From NCBI RefSeq assembly GCF_963921235.1, contig NC_086097.1:558001-622000 (forward strand): a stretch of DNA of 64,000 nt, in the 5' to 3' direction. Numbering within the stretch: position 1 is the stretch's first letter; each line of letters starts with the position of its first letter. Shown here in pieces: positions 1 through 12,699 of this stretch. This DNA comes from Mobula hypostoma. Taxonomy: Eukaryota. The notes beneath the pieces are model-generated. The model had not been told where the DNA came from, searched no databases, and saw only the letters and a list, made by a program, of their open reading frames with translations. Made by a program: the position numbers and the translations under genes.

Positions 1-736
1 TGGTCATCCATGCATGGAGCAGAAAAAGATGGGCAGATATTTAATGGATTTTTTTGCATCTGTATTTACTTGGGAGATGGACACAGGATCTACAGAGGTG
101 AGGCAGAGCAGCAGTGAGGCCATGGACCATATACAGATTACAGAGGAGGAAGTGTTTGCTATTTTGAAACCAATCAGGGTGGATAAGTCCACAGTGCCTG
201 ACAAAGTGTTCTCTTGGACCCTGTAGGAAGTTAATGCAGAAATTGCAGGGGCTCTGGCAGAGGTACTTAAGACATCCTTATCAATGGATGAAGTGCCAGG
301 GGATTGGAGGATAGCTAATGTTGTTCCATTGTTTAATTGAGGCTCTAAGAATAAGCCAGAAAGTTATAGGTCAATGAGCCTGACATCAGAAGTGTGGAAG
401 TTATTGGAAGTTTTCTAAGCAAACGAATATATAAGTATTTGGATAGACAGGGACTGATTAGGGATAGTCAACATGGTTATTTGCATGGTTGGTTGTGTCT
501 TACAGAGATTTTCGAGGAAATTACCAGGAAAGTTGATGAAGGCAAGGCAGTGGGTATTGTCTACGTGGAACTTAGCAAGGTCCCACATGGGAGGTTGGTC
601 AAGGAGGCTTAGTTGCTTGGCATTCAAGATGGAGTAGTAAATTAGATTAGACATTGACTCCACGGGAAAAACCAGAGAATAGTAGTAGATAGTTGCTTCT
701 CTGACTGGAGCTTTGACTAGTGGTGTGCCACAGGGA
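1..736 (+). mobile_element. CR1 LINE ORF2 (RT) fragment, decayed
   Basis: ORFs 14..226 and 394..612 contain DKS.GPD-like, IRDSQHG and KVPHGRL segments. Ends at the SGVPQG-coding sequence. Same subfamily as 47852-49260. Confidence 0.85.
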
Positions 737-1247
737 TTAGAATCAGGTTTATTATCACTGGCGTAATGTTGTGAAATATATACTGGATATGTGGATTTAT
801 AATCGTCAGTAACAATATTTATAAATATGATGGACTTTTGCAGCCTCGAACATATTCTTGAAGGCCACTGACCACATGCTTCCTCTCTGATGTGTATTTC
901 AGTCTCCAGGTCACTCCATGTTTTTGTCACATGACTTAAGCACTAAATCATAGCACAAGGTTCAAGTTGTTGCAATGTCAAATTCATAAGAGCCACAAAA
1001 CAAATCTTTTAGTGAAAATACCCCACCAACAACCCTGTTTCAATGACACTGTGACTTCTGCCTTTGCCACAGTTAGACCGTGCTGAGGTTCAGAGGTTCT
1101 GTTCTGGGGCAGTGGTGGGGTGGGGACGATGGGGTTGTCAGCTGTTGAAGGAATAATCCACATTCATGTACAGTAATAAACCTGCCCTGGCAGATCTCCC
1201 ACACAGAACCCTGCTCCCTTTGTGCACGGCCGAGAAACATTACCTAC

Positions 1248-1415
1248 CAAGACGCAGTACAGAGAAGAAGAGCAGCCAGAACATGCAGAGGATTGGCGCA
1301 ATGATGACCTGGCTGACAGCAGCCGAGTGCAGCCGATGGTTGAGCTTGGTGGGTAAGCACGCGTAATAAATGTTATATCGATCCACCAGGTGTTTCAGCA
1401 ACATGTAGAGCAGCC
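1248..1415 (-). CDS. TMEM63C: TMEM63 internal coding exon (last in this window), 168 nt
   Basis: tgtgtag|GGCTGC...CTTG|gtaggt; (G)[55 protein letters not shown](G). PTKLN, AAVSQ and FFSVLRLG favour paralogue C over A or B, from my recollection of the family. Confidence 0.92.
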
Positions 1416-2214
1416 CTACACATAAGCACAAGGACAACGTGGTCAGTTAAAGCTGTGGAGGGAGGCACAGAAGTCACGGAGAAAGAAAGGAGGAGGGACG
1501 GGAGGGAGGACAAATGGAGTAGATGACAGATGAGATACCAAGGTTGAGGAACAGACACTGAGTTAGGAAAAGATTGGGAGAAAGAGTGGTGGAAACAGGT
1601 AGGGAATAGATAGAAATAGGTGGGTCAGGGAAAAGCAGTTGAGAGGAGGTTGAGATGGGCAGGAAGAAGGGAGATAGGTGGGTCAGGGGAGGAACATTTA
1701 GGGATGGGGAGACTGAGATGTGCAGGAGGACGGAAGAATGGGCAGGTGAAGAGAGGAGGAGGAGTTGGGAGTGAAAGAGTGTGAAGAAGAAACATCATGG
1801 TCATGCACACAACTCATCAACAAACAGCATGTGGTGCAATTAATGTGAGAAACATAGCACGGCACAAAAAAGCAGAGTGTGTGGTCAGTTTCCCAATTAC
1901 CCAGTCTCTGCATGATACACAGTACATAGGAAATACAACAAATGTGTTAGGCACATCAATTCAGTTTTAAAATATAATGTTATCTTTATGAAGACTTGTC
2001 TAAAAGTGAGATATAAATGTATGACTTATGCCCAGTCTGTACACATGAGCATTTGAGAGATCGGCTGGATGGATTTGTAATGAGGGCTACAGGTATCTCT
2101 TGGTGCCTGGAAACTCAGTTTATGGCTACATCTCCGATTACAAACTGTGCAGATTATGAACAGTTCACAAGAATAGAACCCTGCCAAAATCTGGGCATAA
2201 CCAGCCTTCTGCAT

Positions 2215-3340
2215 AGCTCCCTAAATTCTCTCTTCGGGAGCTCCTCCCTTTTCCTCCCTATATCATTGGTGCCAATAAGTACCTTCTGGCTGCTCACCCT
2301 CTTCCTTTAGAATGCCATGGACCTCCTGACCCTGGGACTTGTAAGGCAGCATACCATCCGGGTGTCTCTATCCCATCCACAGAATCTCATGTCAAATCCT
2401 CTAATGGAATCCCCTATCACTACTGCAGTCCTCTTCTACCCACTTCCCTTCTGAGCCACAGCACCAGATTCAGCGTCAGAGACCCAGTCACCGTGGCTCC
2501 CTCCACACCAACAGTATCCAAATGGTATACTTATTATCGAGGGGAACAGCCAGAGGGGGTACTCTGTATGGACTGCCCATTTCCTTTCCCTCTCCTGACA
2601 GTCACCCAGATACCTCCCTCCTGCAACCTAGGGGTGACTACCCCCCTATAGCTCTATCACCTCCTCAGTTTCTCATATCAGCCAGAGGTCATTAAGCTGC
2701 AGCTCCAGTTCTTTAAGTTTTCTGAGGAGCTACAGCTCAGTGCACCAGGATAGAAACATAGAAAACCTACAGCACAATACATGCCCTTCGGCCCACAATG
2801 CTGTGCCGAACATGTCCTTACTTTAGAAATTACCTAGGGTTACCCATAGCCCTCTATTTTTTTAAGCTCCATGTACCTATCCAGGAGTCTCTTAAAAGTT
2901 CCTATCGTATCCGCCTCCACCATCGCTGCCAGCCCATTCCACACACTCACCACTCTCTGTGTAAAAAAACTTACCCCTGACATCTCTGTACCTACTTCCA
3001 AGCACCTTAAAACTGTGCCCTCTTGTGTTGGCCATCAGGGTTCCCACATCTCACACAAAGAACGCAACATAACCCCTGGAGCCATTCTCACTGCTCTAAC
3101 TATGCAGTAGCAGACAGGGAATGAAGAAGGAGAAACCTACCAGATACTTACCTCACTTAAGGCTGTTCTTACCAAAGCTTGATGAACCAAAGCCTTCCAC
3201 ACTAACACTGATCCACTCATACAATGGCTGCTCGGCTTGTCCCTGCCTTATGTTCTTTGCCCTTGCTAATGAATTGCAATTTAATTGGGCTGCCAGAAAA
3301 TGCCAGAAGCCTGCAAAAGCTCCTTTTTAAATCTCTTTCA
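2215..3340 (-). mobile_element. CR1 ORF1/5' relic, interrupted by a CR1 3'-end fragment (~2751-3030)
   Basis: Sequence resembles the ORF1 regions at 22900-23560 and 54780-55040. The insert begins with the reverse-complemented (TTCTATGT)-type CR1 tail. Confidence 0.7.
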
Positions 3341-3369
3341 TTGACCTTGCTTTGATTAGGCCACCGGAA

Positions 3370-4088
3370 AACTCCTCCAAAAGATAGTTAAAAAGGTATA
3401 AAAAAGACCAACTATCATTTAACTGAGTAACAAATTAAGCATTTAAATGAAATACAGAATAAATTACAACACTATCAATACTACTACAGTATTTACAGTA
3501 TTATAAAACTGTGTATTAGCTCCTAATAATTATCTACAGAGAACACCACATTCTTATAATTAACTATAAATGAACAAAATCAGTGCAGACATCTCATGCA
3601 GATAATGTACTGCCTTCATACAATGATATGCCATCAATGATCGCATCCTTCAAATCTTCATTTTCATTGTAACATTCAAGATGTTTGCTGATACTTTCAA
3701 ATTGTCATTTCATTTTCACTGCTGGTCATTTCTGGCATCTCCAAGCCTGAGTGCTTGAAACCGCAGAGTGCAAGTCAGTTCTGAATTGTTTTACTGCTTA
3801 TTTTTTGACAACTAGCAGTGACGAAAATCACTGCGTTTTGAACACAAGTGTATGCATATCTGGCACTATTTAAAAACTGTTTGCTCTAAGCACCATGTAG
3901 TGTTTAGCAGCCACACAAGTGCACACATCTGACACTAGTTAGAAACAATTTGGCAAAAGTTTCCTACCCCAACTAAGCAGTCCCCTACCCCAATTGTTTC
4001 AAATAAATGAAGGGAACCTGGGCTATTTTCTCGATTAGTTTTTGTTCATGGAGGTTGTTCCAAATAAATGATTAACTGGAATCCACTG
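3370..4088. mobile_element. Tc1/mariner-pogo (Tigger-like) DNA transposon relic, one end visible
   Basis: Right end ttaactggaatccactg|ta is the reverse complement of TA|CAGTGGATTCCAGTTAA, a Tigger-style terminus. AT-rich body; left end not found. Confidence 0.5.
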
Positions 4089-5250
4089 TATAGCATGAAG
4101 ACATTGCCCCTTAGGTCCCTTTTAAGTCTTTCACCTCTCACATTATACCTATGCCTTTTAATTTTTAGTTCCATTTCTTGGGAAAAGACTGTGTGTATTC
4201 ACCCTATCAAAAGCCCTCATAATTTTTTTTTACATCTCTACAAAATCAGTCCTTGGAATTAAACACTTGCCTCTCTATAACTCAGAACCTCGAGTTTACT
4301 GGGCCCTAATGTTTCAGCACTATTATTCAAGATTTGGGTGAAAGCACTCCTGTCTCTCCAAGACCACCAGTGACAGTAAATTAGGAGTGGGTGACATGGA
4401 AGAGCAAGAAGATACAAAGTGTAGGTAGACTGAGTGGGCAGAGCCAAAGTGACTGATAGTGGGAAATCGATCTGATAACACCAGATCGGACTTGCTTTCA
4501 CATAAATTAATGAGAGAGTAGGAAATAAGGGAATGTGTGCCACCCGGCACACGTGTACACCCTGTCTGAACGCCTTCCCACATGCTCCAATTCACAGACA
4601 CTTTTCATCTTTTATTGCTGCTGTTTCACATATTTAAGAAACATAGAACCCCTACAGCACAATACAGGCCCTTCGGCCCACAATGCTGTGCTGAAGATGT
4701 ACTTACTTTAGAAATTACCTAGGATTACCCACAGCCCTACATAGTTACACAGCTGTTTGTTTTAATATAATCATGCCAGTATCATTATACTGTCTTACAC
4801 AAATATGCACCTTACATTTTATGTCAACCTGTCAATCTTCAGGCCTTGCCAATCAGGGACTTGCTCATATTATTTTGTGACTGTATTTGCTGGATTGTAA
4901 CTATATGTACTGTATTTTGCAACTTGACCTTAGAGGTACAACATTTTGTTTAGGTGCATATATGTATGTGAATGGTTGAATGACAATTCATTTGAACTTG
5001 AAGAAAACAACATTTCAAATCCAGGTGGATGGATGATAAGGACTGGGTAAAGGACTGGCTAATAGAACTGGATGATGATGGGACTGGCTTATGCAAGATG
5101 GCCATTTTTGGGTGTATTGGTTATGAAGGGTGAAAGATACATAAGGCTCTAGTTATGTAGTATCTGGAATAATTATATTCTGCTTTGATCACTGTATCTC
5201 AGGAAGGAGGTATTGGCTATGGACGTAATTCGTAGAACACAGACACTTAC

Positions 5251-5356
5251 CGAAGGGTACGATAATTGGACATGTGATACTGTAGGTCATCACGACAGCA
5301 AGTATACACATGGTCCAAGCATACTCCAATCCAAACTGGTACTCATAGGCTTGATT
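5251..5356 (-). CDS. TMEM63C: TMEM63 internal coding exon, 106 nt
   Basis: cccccag|AATCAA...CTTCG|gtaagt; [35 protein letters not shown](G). Phase 0 to 1. Confidence 0.95.
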
Positions 5357-5657
5357 CTGGGGGGACAGAGAGAGAGGTGAGGTTAGGAAGGGGGTGTGTG
5401 CAGTGGTGTATGATAGAGAGAGGGGTGGAATTTATTGAGCAATCCTTTAAATATTCACAATCCCCTGATCCTCCACCCCCACCCCCCCATGAACTTAGAC
5501 TTACAGCAATAAAAGTTCAGATCCTTTTGGCCTGCTGAGGTTGGAATCATTCCCTCCATTTTAAAATCCTCTCATTCCATTATTCCCACCTCCCTGTGCT
5601 CAACTCCTTTCAGCCCTTCAATGCAATGCAGAGAAAAGGGAATTCTTTATCCACTGA

Positions 5658-6926
5658 ATGCACACACTCAAGAAATACAGCTACGATCTGTGCAAAGTCA
5701 TCAAGGCAGTGAAACAACAATACAGGGACAAGATTCAGACTCAACTCTCCACCAAAAACACATGCAGCTTATGGCAAGGTCAGCACACCATCACAGACTT
5801 CAAAGCTAAACACAGTGGAGTTTCTAACATCGCTGCCTGTCCCCCAGATGAGCTAAATCTTTTTTACATTCGATTTGATGTTGCCAATACTGAGCCCCTG
5901 AGGAGACCTACAGCTGATGCGACCTGCAGCTTGGTCATCTTGGAGGGTGAAGTATGCAAGTGTTTCCAATGAGTGGACAGTTGCAAGGCTGCGGGACCCA
6001 ACGGCATCCCAGGGCGAGTACTCAGAGTGTGCGCGCCACAACTAGCAGGTACGTTTACAGACATTTTTAACCTCCCTCTCCCTCTCCCAAAGTAGAGTGT
6101 CCTCCTGCTTCAAAACAACCACCATTGTTCCAGTACCTAAAAAGACCAAGGTAGTATTTCTGAACAACTGGTGTCCTGTTGCACTCATTTCAACAATAAG
6201 CAAATGCTTTGAGAGTCTGGTCAAGGACTACATCTGCAGCATGCTACCATCCACAATTCACCTACTGACACAACCGATTGACAGACGACGCAATAGCCAC
6301 AGCTCTACACACCATCCTTACACATCTGGAGAAGAAGGATGCTTATGTGAGAATGCTGTTCTTGGACTACAGTTCAACATTCAACACCATAATTCCTTCC
6401 AGGCTTGACAAGAAGCTCAGAGAACTCGGCTTTCACCCTGCCTTGTGAAGCTGGATTCTGGACTTCCTGTCGATCGCCAGCAGGTCTGCCCCTCTGACCT
6501 TCAACACAGGTGCCCCTCAGGGCTGTGTCCTAAGCCCCCTCCTTTACTCTCTGTATACTCATGACTGTGTCACCACCCACAGCTCCAATCTGCTAATTAA
6601 ATTTGCTGACAATACACCGATTGGCTTTATCTCAAACAATAACGAGGCAGCCTACAGAGAAGAAGTCATCACCCTGACACAGTGGTGTCAAGAAAACAAC
6701 CTCTTCCTCAATGTCACAAAAACAAAGGAGCTGATTGTGGACTACAGGAGGAATGGAGACAGGCTAGCCCCTATTGACATCAATGCACCTGGGGCTGAGA
6801 GGGTGAACACCTTTAAGTTCCTTGGCATAAATATCACCGAGGATCTCATGTGGTCTGAACATACTGGCTGTGTGGTGAAAAGAGCACAACAGTTTGGTAT
6901 GGGCCCCCAAATCCTAAGAACTTTCT
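5658..6926 (+). mobile_element. Rex1/Babar-like LINE RT region, 5' part (split by RTE insertion)
   Basis: [15 protein letters not shown]...PVALISTISKCFE, and nucleotides encoding GAPQGCVLSPLLYSLYTHDC and KFAD. Multiple stops and frameshifts. Confidence 0.8.
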
Positions 6927-9900
6927 CATCATCATCATCATCATCATCATCATCAGGTGCCATACCCAGTCTGAGCTTTGACTGCCATGGCCCACACACT
7001 CCTGTCTCAGGCAAGTGGATCAATTCATTGGTACAGTATTCATTTCCAATTCTCTGGCTGCTGTCTCCATCATCATTTGTCTTTGTCTTCCTCTTGCTTT
7101 CTTCCCTTCAATTTTTCCCATAATTACCGTGCATTCTAGCTCCTCTTTCCTAATCACATGTCCACTGAAGTTACGTCGCCTTTTCATGATCTCATACATT
7201 ATTTCTCTTTTTGTGTTTGCTCTGTTCATGACATCCTTGTTAGATATTCGTTTCGTCCATGATATTCTTCGCATCCTCCTCAAAAGCAACATCTCTGCTG
7301 CTTCAATTTGTTTCCTCATGTTACTAGATATTGCCCAATATTCTGAGCCATATAACATAACTGGATAAACGTAACATTTCAGTACTCTGAGGCGGGTTGT
7401 CATGCCTAGTTTAGTATTGGTCAGTATACTCTTCATTCTCGTAAAGGTGTCTTTTGCCATCCCTATTCTTTTGACGTCTATGTCGCACCTGCCATCTGAT
7501 GTCACCCAGTTTCCTAAGTAGCACAAGTTATGTACTTGTTTTATGTCTTCCCCGTTTATTCTCAGCCTGCAGATAGGATTCTCCTTCTTTTTGGATATCA
7601 CCATACATTCTGTCTTTTTGCAATTGATAGATAGACCCATTTTTACACTTTCTTCAACAACTATATCAATTAAGTTCTGAAGTTCTTCCTCCGTACTTGC
7701 AATTAACACAGTGTCATCTGCATATCTGAAATTATTGATGTTTTCACCACCAACTTTGATTCCCAAGATGTCTCTTATTTTTTGTAATATTGTTTCACTG
7801 TACACATTAAATAAATCAGGGGAGAAAACACGCCCTTGCTTAATGCCTCTCTTGATTTTCGTAAACTGACTCACTTCTCCATCTATTCTTACAGCGGCAG
7901 TTTGTTTCCAGTACAGATTTCTGATTAGGCAGAGGTCTTTTGAACCTAGATCTAGAGTTTCCTATAATATTTCAAATAACTTATTGAGCTTCACTTTATC
8001 AAATGCTTTTCTGTGGTCGATAAAACAAACAAACAAATCTTTTTGCACTTGAATAGCTCATTCTGATAGTATCCTTAACATCAATATTGTGTTTCTTGTA
8101 CCTCTGTCTTTCACAAAACCACATTTTTCTTTACCTATTTCAGCTTGCATCTTACTTTTAGCACTTATCATCAAAATGCTTGGAAGTATCTTGGTGATAT
8201 GACTCATTAAACTTACGGTCCTATGTAATTCACACTCTATTGCTCTATGTTTCTTAGGAAGAGTGATAAATACTGATTTTTTCATCTCTTCTGGTATTAT
8301 TCCAATCTCATAAATGTTATTGATTAAATTAGTAAGTTTTTCAATTCCATGATCTTCTAGGGTGATAATTTGTTCTATTACTAATTCATCACGACCTGCT
8401 GCCTTTCCTTTCTTCATCTTATTTATTGCATTACGAACTTCAGATTTTAAAATACTTGGACCTTCAATGTTTTTCTTAATTTCTGGTTTTTTGCGTTGAT
8501 CGTCTTCAAAAAATTCCTAAATATACTCAGTCCATCTGTTAATAATCTCATCTTTTTTCATGATAATGGTACCGTCCTTTGCTTTCAAACATCCACCTGA
8601 AGAACAGAGGAGCTTTTTACCAGTGATATTCTTGATTTGTTGATGTAACCTTTTTGGATCAGTAACAGGGATTCTTTCTGTTTGCTCACATTCCTGGTTT
8701 AACCATTCTTCTTTGGCTTTTTGACATAAGCTTCTAACTTTTTTATCTAAGGACTTGTATTCTATAGGATTTGCTTTCTTCTGTCTCCTTTCTTCCATTA
8801 GATTTTTGATTTCATCTATCATCCATTTATTCTTTGTGCTTTTTTTCTTTTTTAGGAATTACTGACTTTGCTGATTCTACCAAGGCATCCTTTAGAGAAT
8901 TAAACTTCATTTCTACATGATTGCTATCATCTTCAACAGACTTTATTTCTAGACTTTGAAATCTATTCCTTACTTCAATTGTAAATTTTTGTCTTGTTTT
9001 CTTCTTTAATTACTTGTGACAAGGGATTGTTCAGGTTTTTGCTTCTTTAGTTTTTTAAGTTTTACTTTTACATGACATACTACTGGGTTATGGTCACTAT
9101 TACAGTCTGCGCCTGGATCTGTCTTGCATTGAGTCACTGAGTTTCTAAATCTTTGGTTTATAGTAATAAAGTCAATTTGATTTCTGATGTTATCACCTGG
9201 ACTTTTCCAGGTCCATAAGCATCTTGGATGGTTTTTAAAGTAGGTATTCATAATGACCTGATTATTCATCTTGCACCATTCTACCCATTTCTCACCTCTT
9301 TCATTTCTTTCCCCTAGGCCAAATTTTCCTATGGTATTTCCATCAGCATCTTGCCCAACTTTAGCATTTAGATCTCTCATGACAATAACAATATCTTGAG
9401 ATTTGCATCCATTCTTTGCTTGTTCAAGCTCTTCATAGAATTGTACATCCTCATTTGTTCCATCTGTTGTTGGTGCATATACCTGTATAATTGCTAAATC
9501 AAATAGTAGTCCTCTGAATCTAATAAGGAGAACTCTTTCTGATATTGCCCAATGTCCTAAAACACTTTTTGTTTTCATCCATAAGAATTCCTAATCCATT
9601 AGTATGGGATATTCCACAAAAATAAATTAGTATTTTATTTCTATTCTGACATGTTCCAGCACCTATCCAATGAACTTCGCTAATTCCCATGATGTTAATC
9701 TTTAGCCTTTCCTTTTCATTTATCACATTGTCCAATCTTTCTGCTTGATATAGTCATAGTCATACTTTATTGATCCCGGGGGAAATTTCAAGTGGCAATA
9801 ATTTTCTTTTGTGTTACTTGAATTTTATGAGCAGTAGCTTGATGATGGTCGGGGATCCCCTGCTGCCCAGAATCAACCCTACTGAGCGAAGCATCTTCAG

Positions 9901-10335
9901 AATTGTCTTGAAGATCTTCTTGACGTTGTTGTTGTGTGATACATTTTGTGAGTTTGACCATGGTTTTCTTAGCAAATAGATTCTAGGAAACCTAGTATCT
10001 AGCAACTGTGGCTTGCTATTGCCTTCTGTTGGGTGAACTAAAGAAATCGCTATTTCTCTTCCCAAATGTTCATCCGCCTGTACTATAGCCGTTGACATTT
10101 GAGGTCCTAGCTCATCCGCCTTCTCCGTCATAAGTTCAGTTACTGAACCTGCCAGATCTGCCGTCGGCCTTTGCTCATATCCTGAGCAGGAACCCTTCCA
10201 AGTGTTACCGTTCCGGGTCAGAGCGGCCCTGGGAGCAATGAATGACTAAGGGGTAACTCCACTTTCCCCAAAGCTCTGAAAGTCCCCAATTAGAGCCTCA
10301 TCACCGGTTGCAGTTTAGAGTCATACCCAGGACTC
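6927..10335 (-). mobile_element. Full-length RTE-clade LINE (APE endonuclease + RT), disrupted ORF, (GAT)n tail
   Basis: 11-bp TSD aagaactttct at 6916-6926 and 10336-10346. (CAT)n on plus at ~6927-6954. Endonuclease motifs IIQVYAPTT, DLNAKVG, NQIDFI, SDHNPV; RT motif NNFRYADDTVL. Confidence 0.92.
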
Positions 10336-10726
10336 AAGAACTTTCTACAGGGCACAACTGAGAGCATCCTGACTGGCTGCATCACTTCCTGGTATGGGAA
10401 TTGTACTTCTGTTAATCGCAGGACCCTACAGAGACCTGAGTCAGCCCAATCACAAACCGTTCCAGCTGCTACCATCCAGGAAACAGTACCGCAGCATAAA
10501 AACCAGGACCAACAGGCTCTGGGACAGCTTCTTCCACCATCCATCAGACTGATTACTTCATGCTGACACAACTGTATTTCTATGTTATATTGTTGTACAT
10601 ACTATTTATTATGAATTACTATAAATTGAATATTGCATATTTAGACGGAGATGTAATGTAAAGATTTTTACTCCTCGCGCATATGAAGGATGTAAGTAAT
10701 AACATCAATTCAGTTCAATTCAATTC
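10336..10726 (+). mobile_element. Rex1/Babar-like LINE, 3' part with (CAATT)n-like tail
   Basis: Resumes the element broken at 6926 after the TSD. The 3' end matches 46690-46907. Confidence 0.8.
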
Positions 10727-10788
10727 ATCCAAACAATAAGCCCTTTGATCATTTCCCCATTGGGAGGGTTGCTGACAGGGGTCTTTAC

Positions 10789-10951
10789 CTTTTTCACATG
10801 TATCTGCTCCGCCTTTGATTTAGCAAATAGAAGTCTTGCAGTGTACACCAGCAACCCAGGGATACGCAGCAACTCCATTGCAGTACCGATCAGGCTGGAT
10901 GTAATCACGTAATTCACAAAGAAAGCACCGTTATCCGGCAGGAAGACACAT
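10789..10951 (-). CDS. TMEM63C: TMEM63 internal coding exon, 163 nt
   Basis: ttgcag|ATGTGT...AAAAAG|gtaaag; [54 protein letters not shown] (partly in ORF 10720..10917). [16 protein letters not shown] is a TMEM63 hallmark. Phase 2 to 0. Confidence 0.95.
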
Positions 10952-11658
10952 CTGCAAGAGAAGGAAACAGCAAATCACACGCCAAAGTGGATATTCAGGA
11001 GGAGGATCTCATCAAGAGGCTCAGCGTTCTTGGATATTACAGATATCCAGGAGTGTGAGGAGCTTACAGACTGGGTCCTGTCCCAGGCATTTGGGCATCT
11101 TTATGAAATTTCACTGGGAGTGAGTGACATACTGGAATTTAAATCCAGGTATTTGGATTGTTTATATAGAGAATAATAGAGCCCCAGCAGTGGCTTACAA
11201 AATTCAAAGTAAGTTTATTATCAAAACATGTATATCACTATATACTACCCTGAGATTAATTTTCTTGAAGGCATTTACAGTAAATACACAACAGATTCAA
11301 TGAAAAACTAGACACAAAGACAAACAACCAAAGTGCAAAAGACAACAAACTGCACAAATACAAAAAAAATTAAAGAAATAAATAATAAATAATATTAAGA
11401 GTGGGCTACAGGCTGGGTTCTAATCCAGGAGTTTGGGGGTATCTATATAGAGAATAACAGATCTCCTGGAGTGGATTACAGGCTGGGATCAAATTGCAAA
11501 AGGTTCTATATAGAAAATCAGGTCACTGAGAGTAGATTACATGCACTTTGGGCTGTTTATAAGATGGTTAACTGGAGGTCATTGTTGTATTTGCCAGAGG
11601 CTGATGCATGCACAGAAATGCTAGAGAGAGTAGACACAATCACAGAGTGGAAACTTAC

Positions 11659-11724
11659 TGGAACTTTACTTCTGCCTCATCCAGGAAGTTGGTGTCAAAG
11701 AGCCAGTGGAAAAAGACATCCAGA
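11659..11724 (-). CDS. TMEM63C: TMEM63 internal coding exon, 66 nt
   Basis: tttcag|TCTGGA...TTCCA|gtaagt; (S)LDVFFHWLFDTNFLDEAEVKF(Q). Phase 2 to 2. Confidence 0.92.
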
Positions 11725-12059
11725 CTGAAATGCAAACAGAAGATGATGTTATCCTTGGGCATCTGGGAGCTGGGAGCAGCCTCAGGGAGGAGCAGCCCCA
11801 GGCAGCGATGGGGGAATGGTCAGGGAAGGCATGACTCTCAGAAAACAAAGAGATGGTATTGGAGAGGGAAAGCCACAGTCTGTGATAGGGAAGGGTGGTC
11901 CCCACAGTTGGGGAAGGCATGACCCTCAGTGCGCAGTGCTGGAGAAATCACCTCTGTGGATGGGATGGTTTCACACTGGGGCTCAGGTACAGCTCTGGGT
12001 ATGAAGACCACTGTAATGGGGGTGAGAAGAGCAGTCAGCACCACTCTAAGTAGATGAGA

Positions 12060-12670
12060 TGTGGTTTGCACTTGGGGAATCGTGAAACACGGTGGTGGAA
12101 TATGATAAGTAGTGAGGGATGTGGTTTGTGGTGACAGGACACAGTAAGTGGTGGGTGGGCAGTTTTGGGACATGGAATGCAGTCAGTGGTGAGGGTACAT
12201 GGTGTGGAACACAATAAGTAGTGAGGATATTTACTGGGAGGAAATGGTAAGTGGTGGTACGCGGTGGGAGGACACTGAGTGGCGAGGTAGCACGGTGGGA
12301 GTTTACGGTGAGTGGTGAGGTAGCACGGTGGGTGTTTACGGTGAGTGGCGAGGTAGCACGGTGGGAGTTTACGGTTAGTGGCGAGGTAGCGCGGTGGGTG
12401 TTTACGGTGAGTGGCGAGGTAGCGCAGTGGAATGACACTGAGTGGCGAGGTAGCGCAGTGGGAGTTGACGGTGAGTGGTGAGGTTGCACGGTGGGAGTTT
12501 ACAGTGGCGAGGTAACACGGTGAGAGTTCACAGTAAGTGGTGAGGTAATGCAGTGGGGGACACATTGAGTGATATGGGTATGCAGTGGGGGAGACATAGT
12601 TAGTGGTGAGGGCATGCGGTGCAAGGACGTGGTAAGTGGTGAGGTAATACAGTGGGGGAACATGGTAAGA
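12060..12670. repeat. G-rich minisatellite, 33-bp core (gtgagtggcgaggtagcacggtgggagtttacg), most regular at ~12275-12545
   Basis: Units start at 12341 and 12374. Overlapping ORFs show 11-aa periodicity (HRATSPLTVNS). Confidence 0.9.
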
Positions 12671-12699
12671 GAGGAGTAAATAAAAGTACAGAAGGGACA

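Noticed and set aside
1440..1790. Purine-rich tract as a distinct element
   Set aside because: Low-complexity intronic sequence (pyrimidine-rich on the gene strand) with no periodicity or boundaries I can support.
12035..12565. Repetitive protein ORFs (HRATSPLTVNS repeats and others)
   Set aside because: By-products of a 33-bp minisatellite that is open in several frames on both strands.
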